A stretch of 63,990 nucleotides of DNA, the filler included, from an uncultured Gemmatimonadota bacterium (GTDB lineage Bacteria; GCA-2686955), in NCBI GenBank assembly GCA_964490075.1. It is 3 parts of 3 records of this genome, joined end to end, with 100 filler letters (N's around TTAATTAATTAA, not from the genome) between each part and the next. Parts side by side here need not be neighbours in the genome. Positions count along the whole stretch, not along the records: positions 24,141 to 47,548 come from CAZBBK010000078.1; 2 more parts are not named here. One strand, written 5' to 3'. The notes beneath the pieces were generated by a model. That model made no database searches and was not told the DNA's origin. It saw only the letters and a list, made by a program, of their open reading frames with translations. This document shows, in pieces, positions 26,122 through 34,459 of this stretch; within the stretch, counting starts at the first letter, position 1, and each line of letters begins with the position of its first letter. Made by a program: the position numbers and the translations under genes.

Positions 26122-29100
26122 ATGGAACACCGATCCGATCGCGGCCCCGCCTACGGCGCCGGGGCTCTGCTCCTGCTCCTGGCGCTCTTCCCCTGGGCCT
26201 GGCCAGGCGGCCTGCCCGTGGGGCTGGCGCTGGTCGCCGCGCTGGCCTGGATCGGTCCGCTGCGGCGCCTGGGCCTGACCCACCCGAGCTCGGCGGCGGG
26301 GCTGCTGCTGGCGCTGCTCGCCCTGCTCTTGCCGGAGTCGGACCAGCCCGGCGGCGCGCGGGCGATCGACCCGATCCTGGAAGATGTGGTGCTGCGCTGC
26401 GTCGAGGACGCCGAGTGGATCGCGGCCGATCCCTGGCTCGCCGAGGCGGTGGCCTCCGAGTCGCGCCTCGATGTGTTCGCGAATCTCGAAGCCCTGGCGC
26501 CGCCCTTCGACGAGAACGACGCGGTGGGCACGACCCTTCGCGGGCCCGCGGGCGAGCTGGTCGCCTGGTATGGATGGACCCCCGCGGCGCGACGCGACCG
26601 CGATCCGCCCGCCGCCGCCGCGGGCACCCTGGTCGAGATCTCGGTCGAAAAGGCCTACACCCTGGTGCGGGCGGTGGCGGCGATCGAGGGAGGCGGCACG
26701 GTCGTGGTCGGCCGCCCCCTGGCCCTGGCGGAGCCGCTGGGCGCCGGAGCGATCCGCCCCGCCCTGGAGCCCTTCGAGGGCCTGCGCTTCCACGACACGG
26801 TCGTGACCTACGATCCCGCCGCCGCACCGGTGGCACTCGACGGCGGCACCGGAACCGCGTTGGCCACCCTGGCGAGCGATGTTCCCGCCGCTCGGGGGCC
26901 GCGGGCCGAGCAGGGGCGGGCGATCCTGGCCTTGGGCCTGCTGGCCGCTCTCGTGCTGGCGATCCGCCCGCTGCGCCGGCGCGATGGGCTGCGGGGACTC
27001 ATTCTCGGCTGGGGGGTGCTCTTCACCGCGCGCCTCCTGCTCCTCGACGTGCCGATCCTCGGCGACGCGGCCCACGATCCCGCCGGCTTCGCCGTGCTGC
27101 TCCCGCCCGAGCTGCCCGGCGGCCTGCCGACACTTCTGGCCAGCCCGGGCGACGCCGCCCTCACCTTCCTCACCCTGAACCTGGCGCTGGTGCTGGCGCT
27201 GCGCAACCTGACCCGCGCCATCCGCCGCCGCGTCGCCGAGCTGCCCGTCTGGCTGGCGCTCCCGCCCTGCCTGGTGGTGGCCGGCGCCGCGGCTCTGTGG
27301 GTGCGCTGGGCCGCCGCCTTCGCGGCTGCCGCGGGGCGCCCCCCCTTCGTCGATCTGACCGCCCTTGGCGATCCCGCCGTGCTCGCGGTGGCGGTGTCGG
27401 TTGTGCTGCTGGGCTCGGCCTTCGTGGTGACTGCTCTGGGCTGCGGCACCCTTTTCTCGGCGGCGCTGGCGCGCGGCGGCGGCGGGGCGGCGTTGCGCCT
27501 GGTCCCGGCCGGAGTCGTGGGCCTCGCCGCGCTGCCCTTCTCCTCGGCCGGGTGGGCGCTGGCGGCGGCGACCGGCGTGCTGGGCGGCGCAGCCGAGGCC
27601 CTGGCACGGCGCCGCAGCGCCGCGGGACCCGGCCTGGTGGCGGTCGTGATCCTGGTCGCCCTGGCCGGCGCCGCCGTGCTCACCGAGCAACAGCGCGCCG
27701 ACTTCGAGCTCTTTGCCGAGGAGCAGGCTCGGCGCTGGTCGCGGCAGCGGGAGGACTACGAGCTGTCGATCCTGGAGTCGGCGGTCGCCGACATGCTGGC
27801 CGAGGGTGGTCTCGGTCGCGCTCTGGAAGGCGACCCACCCGGAGACCGGGCCGCCTTTCACGCCTGGCTGGCCTCGTCCCTCTCCGCCAGCCGCCGGCCC
27901 TGCCGCATCGAGCTCTTCGATTCCCGGGGCGCGGTGGTGTCGCGCTTCCGGGTCGACATCCCCGGCCACCTGAGTCTCGCCGCCGCGGCCCCCGCCGCCA
28001 CCGGCGCCGATTCGATCGCGCTGCGCCGCGTGCTGCGGACCATCGGCCAGCGCGAGTGGGAGATGCTGGTGGCCACGGCCCCGGTCGCATCCGCCGCCGG
28101 CGCGGGATGGCTCTCGGTGACCATCCTGCCGGACGGACCGGCCCTGGTCGGGTCCGGGACCGGCGCTCTGAGCCGCCGCCTCTCGCGCTGGGGCGCCGAT
28201 CCGGTGGTGCTGCGCTACCGAAACGGCGTGCTGGTCGACTCCAACGCCGCCGATGCGCCGATCGGAGACCTGCTCCCCGCCGAGACATCGGGGCTTTTCG
28301 GCGCCACCGAGCAGTCCTTGCCGGGCGGTTGGCGCGAAGCGATGCTAGGCGGCCGAGCCTACCGGATCCACTGGTCGCTGCAGCCCGACGGCGAGGTGCT
28401 GGGCATCGGGCTGCCGGTCGGCCTGCACCGCGACCTGACCACCCTCGCCCTCGACTCGGTGGCGGTGCACGGTGTGGTGCTCTTCTGCTTCTGGCTGCTG
28501 CTCGCGCTGGCGGGGGGATGGGGACGGCGGATTCCCCATCTGCTGGGGCAGTTTCGCGTGCGGCTGATGCTGGCCATCGTGGCGGTCGCGGTCTTCCCGA
28601 TCCTCTTCTGGGGCAGCGTGGGGACGCAGCGCCTGGCTCGCGAGCGCGAGGATGCGCTGCGCGCCGACCTGGAGCGTCAGGTCGACCTGGCGCTGAGCGC
28701 CCTGGAGCTAGACCTGGTGGCGGCCATCGACCGTGCTCTCGCCATCGACCAGGGTCGGGTGCTCGCCTGGCTCGAAGCGGGGCGAGCCGGCGCGGCGATC
28801 CCGGCGCCCTGGGGAGGGAGCGGGGATCCGGTGCCCGCGCAGGACGCATCGCCGCTGCGCCTCGACGGGTCCTTGATCTACGACGCCGGCGGCATCGAGC
28901 GCGGCCGCTCCGGGCGCACCGCGAAGGTGCCCTGGCAGGTGTTGAAGGCGGTCCTCGACGAGGGCGAGAGCCGCACCTTCTACCAGCAACTCGAGGGTGC
29001 GCCGGCGATCGTGCTGGCCCGACCCCTGATCGGCGGGGACGGCCGTGTGGCGGGCTGTGTGGTGGGCCATCGCGTTCTGGACGACGCCGTCTGCGAGCGC

Positions 29101-30678
29101 CTGCACGCGCTGGTTCTGAACGACGTGCGGGTCTACGGGCGTGACGCCCTGGCGGGTACCTCGCGCAGCGAGCTGGTGGCGGCCGGCCTGCTGCCGGAGC
29201 TGCTGCCTGGCGCGGTCTGGCGGGAGCTGATGGACCGCGGGCGCCCGCGCATGATCGCCCGCGAGACCGAGATGCTCGGCGCTCGCCTGACGGTCTACCG
29301 CGCGCTGCGGCTCAGCGATGTGGTGGTGGAGGGGGCGCTGGCGGTCTCGATGCCCCACTCCGGCGAGTGGAGCGAGAGCCGCGAGACCGCACGTGCCATT
29401 TCGCTGATCGTCAGCCTCTCGATCGTCTGGCTGGGGTTGGCCGTGGCGGCGGGACTGGTTCTATCGCGCCGCATCTCCGATCCGCTGCAGCGCCTGATCC
29501 ACGGCACCGCCCGCATCGCCTCCGGTGCGCTGGGCGAAGAGGTGCGCATCCAGGGGCGCGACGAGCTGGCGCGCCTGGTGGCCGCCTTCAACCGCATGTC
29601 GCGCTCCCTGGCCGACAACCGCGACGAGCTCGAGGCGCAGCGCGCCGCTCTCGAAGCGATCATCCGCAACCTGGAGGCGGGCGTAGTTTCGGCCGACGCC
29701 GGCGGACGAATCCGTCTCTCCAACCCGGCGGCCGACGCCCTGCTGGGGGAGGAGGGCCGGCCGCTCTCCGGTCAGATCGAGACCGCCCTCAGCGCCAGCC
29801 CTCTGACCGGCGTCGATGCCTTGATCGAGGGCTACCGTGGCGGCGGCGCGGCGTCGGGCGAGGTTCCTTTCGGTGAGGACCGCACCGCGCGCGTCTCGCT
29901 CACCCGGATCGGCGAGGCCGGGCGGGGCGGCCGCGTGCTGCTGGTGGTCGAAGATCTGACCGACCTGATCCGCTCCCAGAAGACCCTGGCCTGGGCACAG
30001 ATGGCGCGCCAGGTGGCGCACGAGATCAAGAACCCCCTGACTCCGATGAAGCTCCAGGCCCAGAACCTGCTCTATGCCTACGACGCCGACTCCGCGAAGT
30101 TCGGCGACACGCTGCGCGAGAGCGTCGGCGTGATCGTGGAGCAGATCGAGCGGCTGCGCCGCATCAGCGGAGAGTTCAGCCGCATGGCGCGCCCCGAGAC
30201 CGTCGGGCGAGCCACGCTCGATCTGGGTGCGGCGGTGCGTGACGCGCTGCGCATCTACGACGGCACCTCCGGTGGAAGAGCCGCGCTCGAGACCATGATC
30301 GCACCCGATCTCGCCGATGTCCGCATCGGTCGCGAAGACGTCGCACGGGTGGTTCTCAACCTGGTCGAGAACGCCCGCGATGCCCTCCTGGCCGGCGACG
30401 GCGGCACGGTGCGGGTGGAGGTGCACCCAGCCGACCTGGCCAGCGGCGCGCCGGGGGTCGAGCTGCGCGTCGCCGACGACGGGCCCGGCATCTCCGCAGA
30501 CACGCGGGCGCGCCTCTTCGAGCCCTACTTCTCCACCAAGACTTCCGGCACCGGGCTCGGCCTCTCGATCGTCCAGAAGATCGTGCAGGATTGCGGTGGG
30601 CGGATTCTGGTGGAGTCGGAGCCGGCGGAAGGGACGGTGTTTCGGGTGCTGCTGCCGGCGGCGGGGGGGGCGCTATAG
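26122..30678 (+). CDS. Large multi-membrane-spanning sensor histidine kinase (HAMP-PAS-HisKA-HATPase, NtrY-like core)
   Basis: HAMP DEL..L...FNRM; H-box MARQVAHEIKNPLTP; NLVENA; DDGPGI; FEPYFSTK..GTGLGL. Confidence 0.93.
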   Translation: MEHRSDRGPAYGAGALLLLLALFPWAWPGGLPVGLALVAALAWIGPLRRLGLTHPSSAAGLLLALLALLLPESDQPGGARAIDPILEDVVLRCVEDAEWIAADPWLAEAVASESRLDVFANLEALAPPFDENDAVGTTLRGPAGELVAWYGWTPAARRDRDPPAAAAGTLVEISVEKAYTLVRAVAAIEGGGTVVVGRPLALAEPLGAGAIRPALEPFEGLRFHDTVVTYDPAAAPVALDGGTGTALATLASDVPAARGPRAEQGRAILALGLLAALVLAIRPLRRRDGLRGLILGWGVLFTARLLLLDVPILGDAAHDPAGFAVLLPPELPGGLPTLLASPGDAALTFLTLNLALVLALRNLTRAIRRRVAELPVWLALPPCLVVAGAAALWVRWAAAFAAAAGRPPFVDLTALGDPAVLAVAVSVVLLGSAFVVTALGCGTLFSAALARGGGGAALRLVPAGVVGLAALPFSSAGWALAAATGVLGGAAEALARRRSAAGPGLVAVVILVALAGAAVLTEQQRADFELFAEEQARRWSRQREDYELSILESAVADMLAEGGLGRALEGDPPGDRAAFHAWLASSLSASRRPCRIELFDSRGAVVSRFRVDIPGHLSLAAAAPAATGADSIALRRVLRTIGQREWEMLVATAPVASAAGAGWLSVTILPDGPALVGSGTGALSRRLSRWGADPVVLRYRNGVLVDSNAADAPIGDLLPAETSGLFGATEQSLPGGWREAMLGGRAYRIHWSLQPDGEVLGIGLPVGLHRDLTTLALDSVAVHGVVLFCFWLLLALAGGWGRRIPHLLGQFRVRLMLAIVAVAVFPILFWGSVGTQRLAREREDALRADLERQVDLALSALELDLVAAIDRALAIDQGRVLAWLEAGRAGAAIPAPWGGSGDPVPAQDASPLRLDGSLIYDAGGIERGRSGRTAKVPWQVLKAVLDEGESRTFYQQLEGAPAIVLARPLIGGDGRVAGCVVGHRVLDDAVCERLHALVLNDVRVYGRDALAGTSRSELVAAGLLPELLPGAVWRELMDRGRPRMIARETEMLGARLTVYRALRLSDVVVEGALAVSMPHSGEWSESRETARAISLIVSLSIVWLGLAVAAGLVLSRRISDPLQRLIHGTARIASGALGEEVRIQGRDELARLVAAFNRMSRSLADNRDELEAQRAALEAIIRNLEAGVVSADAGGRIRLSNPAADALLGEEGRPLSGQIETALSASPLTGVDALIEGYRGGGAASGEVPFGEDRTARVSLTRIGEAGRGGRVLLVVEDLTDLIRSQKTLAWAQMARQVAHEIKNPLTPMKLQAQNLLYAYDADSAKFGDTLRESVGVIVEQIERLRRISGEFSRMARPETVGRATLDLGAAVRDALRIYDGTSGGRAALETMIAPDLADVRIGREDVARVVLNLVENARDALLAGDGGTVRVEVHPADLASGAPGVELRVADDGPGISADTRARLFEPYFSTKTSGTGLGLSIVQKIVQDCGGRILVESEPAEGTVFRVLLPAAGGAL

Positions 30679-30859
30679 CGGGAGCTTCTTTGGGGCTCGC
30701 GCTCCCCGCGATACGGATCGATACAACAGGGTACTGAATGGCGACGGAGGCGAAGGGATTTGTCGCATAGGTTTCGAGTGGATCGCCAACTACTCCGCGG
30801 ACCGCACCCAGAGCGGGACCAAGGTCCGCCGCGCCCGCACACCACGGAGGGCCGATTCT

Positions 30860-31414
30860 ATGAGTATCTTCCTCTCGAACCGATCGACTCTGCAGGTCGC
30901 CGTGGCCTCGCTGCTGCTCTGCTGCTCCGGCGCAGCGGGGATGCCGCACTATTTCGCCGACCGCTGCACTGTGTGCCACTACGACGACTCGGCCACCTGC
31001 GACGGCTGCCATCACCACCGCGGCGCGCTGAGCGCCCGGACCGACAAGAGCACTTACGCACCTGGTGAAGCCGTGCGGGTCACCATCGACGGCGGCGCGC
31101 AGGGCTCCGGCTGGATCCGAGCTCTCTTGCAGGATTCAGACCTGCAGCCGCTCGATATCCAGAGCGGTCCCACCCGATCGGGGGACGACGGCCTCGGCGA
31201 TCCGATCGAGCTTCCCCTGGTGCTGCACGGGGTCGCTCCCGCCGAGCAGGGCGAGCACACCTGGTACGCGGCCTGGCTCGGAGGCGCCAGCAGCGGCGGC
31301 GGCGAGCATCGCCAGGCCGATCTTCCGGTCGTCGTTCGCGTCGAGAACCCGGTCGGCATCGACGGGGCTGGGGATCCCACGTGGAGTGCGCTCAAGGCGC
31401 AGCGCCAGCCATGA
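30860..31414 (+). CDS. Secreted small c-type cytochrome (two CXXCH) with Ig/reeler-like C-terminal domain
   Basis: GGAGG RBS; signal peptide; CTVCH and CDGCH; tail PTWSALKAQ. Confidence 0.7.
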   Translation: MSIFLSNRSTLQVAVASLLLCCSGAAGMPHYFADRCTVCHYDDSATCDGCHHHRGALSARTDKSTYAPGEAVRVTIDGGAQGSGWIRALLQDSDLQPLDIQSGPTRSGDDGLGDPIELPLVLHGVAPAEQGEHTWYAAWLGGASSGGGEHRQADLPVVVRVENPVGIDGAGDPTWSALKAQRQP

Positions 31415-32484
31415 GAGGCGCGCGAGGAACGAAGCGACGCATTCTTGCGCGGGCCCTTTGCGCATCTGCATCTCTCATGCTCGCCGGAGTGGCTCCCTGC
31501 GCTCACGCATCTTCTCCCTTCGTGGTGACCAAGGAGCGGGCCGACGAACCGGACTCGAAACAAGAGGTCGAGATCCACGGACGTTTCGACCTCGCCCTCG
31601 AGAGAGAAGGAGGCGTGGTCGACCTGGCGAACTACCATCGACTGCTCTTCTTGCGGGGACGGGCGGAAGAGGGAAGGCTGACTTTCCATGCCGAGATCGT
31701 GAGCAGCATGTTCTACGAGATCGGTCTGGCGCCCTGGCGCGGGCATCGCTTCCGCTTTGGAAAGGTGTTGGTGCCTTTCGGCGAAGTTCGAGCGCACCAT
31801 CGCTACGGGGGGGCATCGAGCCTCCAGCGCCAGGGGTTGCTGCTGCCCGTGATCTGGGCCGAGTACGGGTTGGCCTACAGGCCGCCGGCGTTTGCCCTCG
31901 GGATCGTGGATGTGCAGGCGGAGCTCTTCGGCGGAAAAGGTGTCACGAGCTCGCCTCCGCGCCCTCTGGTGTTGCGCGGGCCCGATCCCGGCAAGCGCTT
32001 CGCCGGCTCCGGCAGGCTGGCGCTCTCGGCCGGATCGGGAGCCTGGTGCTGGATCTCCGCCTACGCATCCAGCCACCGCCCCGGGACCTGGCTCACCCTC
32101 TGTGCGGCCGACCTGCTCCTGGACTACAGCAGCATCGATCTTCCGCTGCTGCGCTCGCTGCGCTGGGAGGCGGGTTACGCATCGGCCTACGTGGAGCAGT
32201 CCTCGGCCGGTGAGGAGAGCTATCGGAAGCACGGCGACTACTACCAGGTGACACGCCGCGTCTGGCGTTCCGGCGCGGCACTGGCGCTGCGTATGGGCTC
32301 CTACGTCGACGATTCCAGGAACCCGAGCTCCGCCGACCGCCGCATCTGGACCCTCGAGGCCCGTGCCCCCTGGCGGGTGGGCTCGCACACCCTGACCGCT
32401 CTCTTGCAGCACCAGTGGCGGCGCGAGCGGGTCGCCGAGGCAGACGACGACCTGACACGGCTGCACCTGGCGCTCGATTTCTGA
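31411..32484 (+). CDS. Probable outer-membrane beta-barrel (porin-like)
   Basis: ATGA overlap; signal peptide; RFGKVLVPFG; amphipathic strands; C-terminal LHLALDF. Confidence 0.65.
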   Translation: MRGARGTKRRILARALCASASLMLAGVAPCAHASSPFVVTKERADEPDSKQEVEIHGRFDLALEREGGVVDLANYHRLLFLRGRAEEGRLTFHAEIVSSMFYEIGLAPWRGHRFRFGKVLVPFGEVRAHHRYGGASSLQRQGLLLPVIWAEYGLAYRPPAFALGIVDVQAELFGGKGVTSSPPRPLVLRGPDPGKRFAGSGRLALSAGSGAWCWISAYASSHRPGTWLTLCAADLLLDYSSIDLPLLRSLRWEAGYASAYVEQSSAGEESYRKHGDYYQVTRRVWRSGAALALRMGSYVDDSRNPSSADRRIWTLEARAPWRVGSHTLTALLQHQWRRERVAEADDDLTRLHLALDF

Positions 32485-32511
32485 GCTCGAGGCGGGTTTG
32501 GCCCCGCCACC

Positions 32512-32624
32512 CCGGCCCATCCCTCTCCGTCATTCCGGCCCATCCCTCTCCGTCGTTCCGGCGAAAGCCGGAATCCATCCTGCTCTTTGCGCCTTTGCGC
32601 CTTCGCGCCTTCGCGCCTTTGCGC
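32512..32624. repeat. Intergenic REP-like hairpin plus 8-bp tandem repeat
   Basis: TTCCGGC-GAAA-GCCGGAA hairpin within 32551-32577; CTTYGCGC x5 at 32585-32624. Confidence 0.7.
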
Positions 32625-32653
32625 GAGATCTTCTCAGCTCCGCCGCCGCCAGG

Positions 32654-34459
32654 TCAGCGCCCCCGCAGCTCAATACGCGCCTCGTCGGCCGCGGAGCTCT
32701 CCGGGAAGTCGATGACGAGTCGGCGCAGGGCCGCGGCGCGGGCAGCCGGCTCGGCCAGGAGCAGCGCGCGCGCGAGCGCCAAGCGGGGCGCCTCCGTTGC
32801 GCTCGGTGCGGCGTCGATGACGCGTTCGAGCAGCGCCGCGCCAGCGCCGGGATCGCCTGCGCGGCGATAGGCCTCCGCGCCCAGCGCCGCGGCGATCGCG
32901 CGCAGCTCCGGCAGCAGGTCGACGCAGGTCTGGTAGGCGCGAGCCGCATCCGCGTGACGCCGCCCGAGGCGTGCGCGCTCGGCCGCGAGAAAGGGCGCCA
33001 GGATTCCGCCGCTGTCGGGGGCGGCGGCCACGCCCAGGTGCTGCAGCATCAGCACCCGCTCGAGGGCGTCGTTGGCGACCTCGGTTCCCGGCGCTTGCAC
33101 CGCCAGGCCGCGGAAGCGGCGCACGGCGGCGACCGAGTCGCCGGCGTGCAGACGGGCCTCCGCCGCCAGAAAGCGCGCCGCCGCGCTCGACTCGGAAGCG
33201 GTCGGATCGGCGCTCGCCAGCGACTCGGCCGCGGCGAACGCCGCGCCGGGATCGCCCAGCGCCAGGTGCGCCTCGATCAGATCGATGCTCGCCGCGACCT
33301 GGACCGGCCGCGGCAGCTCGGCGCCCGTCTGCGCCCGGCGCAACCAGGGCAACGCCTCGCCGGCCCGCCCCGACTCCAGCGCCAGTCGGCCGGCCGCCGC
33401 GGCGTGCTCGATGCTCAGCTCGGTGTTCCCCTCCTCCAGACGTTCGAGGGCCCGTCGCGCCGCGTCGAGCTGCCCCAGGTCGAGCAGAATCCGCGCATGA
33501 CGCAACATCAGGGCGCCGCGCCGCGCGTCATCGCCGGCCAGGGCGCGCAGCCGCTCGAGGAGCTCGGGCGCGACCTCGCCGGCCACCTTGCGGGCGTGGG
33601 TCTCGGCGGCGGCCAGGAGCGCCGGGAGCGCGTCATCGGGGACCGACTCGACCCCCTCGAGGAGCTGCAGCGCGCGCTCTCCCTGACCTCGCCGCAGCGC
33701 CAGACGCGCCGCCAGGGCCGGTCCTTCGCCGGCGATGGCGGCGACGGTGTCCAGGTCGATCTGGCCCGCCGCGCGACGCTCCAGTCCCAGCAGATCGGCA
33801 CGCAGCCGGGGCGCGTCGCGCGCGCTCCACGCACCGGCCAGCTCCGCGCCGGCCTCTTCGGCGCGCCCCAGACGCTCCAGGATGCGCGCCATGTCGCGGG
33901 CGTAGAGGTGCGGGTCGGCGGCTCGGAGCCGTGCGTCACGATGGGCCGCCAGGGCCGGCTCCAGGAAACCGTGACGTGCCATCAGGCGCGCCATCTGGCC
34001 GAGCGCGGCCGCCCTTCCGGTGCCGCCGATGGCGCGCAGCGTGGCCAGTGCCTGGTCCCGCTCGCCGGCGCCGAGCTGGAGCTCCGCGAGAGCATCGCAG
34101 GCCCGCGGATTGGCCGGCTCCGTGGCGAGCCAGCGGTCCAGCAGCCGGCGCTGGGCGGTGGTGTCCTTGCGGGCGCGGTGGATGCGCAGCGCCGTGGCGG
34201 CGACCCCTTGCCCCGGCCCGTGGCGGACCCAAAGCGATTCGGCGGCGGCGCTCGCGGCCTCCAGGCGGCCTTCCACTTCGAGCGCGCGCACCGCCCGCAG
34301 CTCCTGCGCCAGCCGAGCCGCGGCATGACGCTCGAGCGCGGACGCGGGGGCGGCGGCAGAGCCCGGCGGAGCGGCGGCGGCGGTCGTCGCGAGCAACGCC
34401 ACTGCCAGGACGGCGGTCCGCGCCCGGATCGCCGTTGCGCCACGCCCGCGTCCCCTCAC
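32654..34459 (-). CDS. Tetratricopeptide repeat protein
   Basis: Signal-like leader; Ala/Leu-rich helical repeats; C-terminal LVIDFPESSAADEAR. Confidence 0.8.
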   Translation of the reverse strand: MRGRGRGATAIRARTAVLAVALLATTAAAAPPGSAAAPASALERHAAARLAQELRAVRALEVEGRLEAASAAAESLWVRHGPGQGVAATALRIHRARKDTTAQRRLLDRWLATEPANPRACDALAELQLGAGERDQALATLRAIGGTGRAAALGQMARLMARHGFLEPALAAHRDARLRAADPHLYARDMARILERLGRAEEAGAELAGAWSARDAPRLRADLLGLERRAAGQIDLDTVAAIAGEGPALAARLALRRGQGERALQLLEGVESVPDDALPALLAAAETHARKVAGEVAPELLERLRALAGDDARRGALMLRHARILLDLGQLDAARRALERLEEGNTELSIEHAAAAGRLALESGRAGEALPWLRRAQTGAELPRPVQVAASIDLIEAHLALGDPGAAFAAAESLASADPTASESSAAARFLAAEARLHAGDSVAAVRRFRGLAVQAPGTEVANDALERVLMLQHLGVAAAPDSGGILAPFLAAERARLGRRHADAARAYQTCVDLLPELRAIAAALGAEAYRRAGDPGAGAALLERVIDAAPSATEAPRLALARALLLAEPAARAAALRRLVIDFPESSAADEARIELRGR

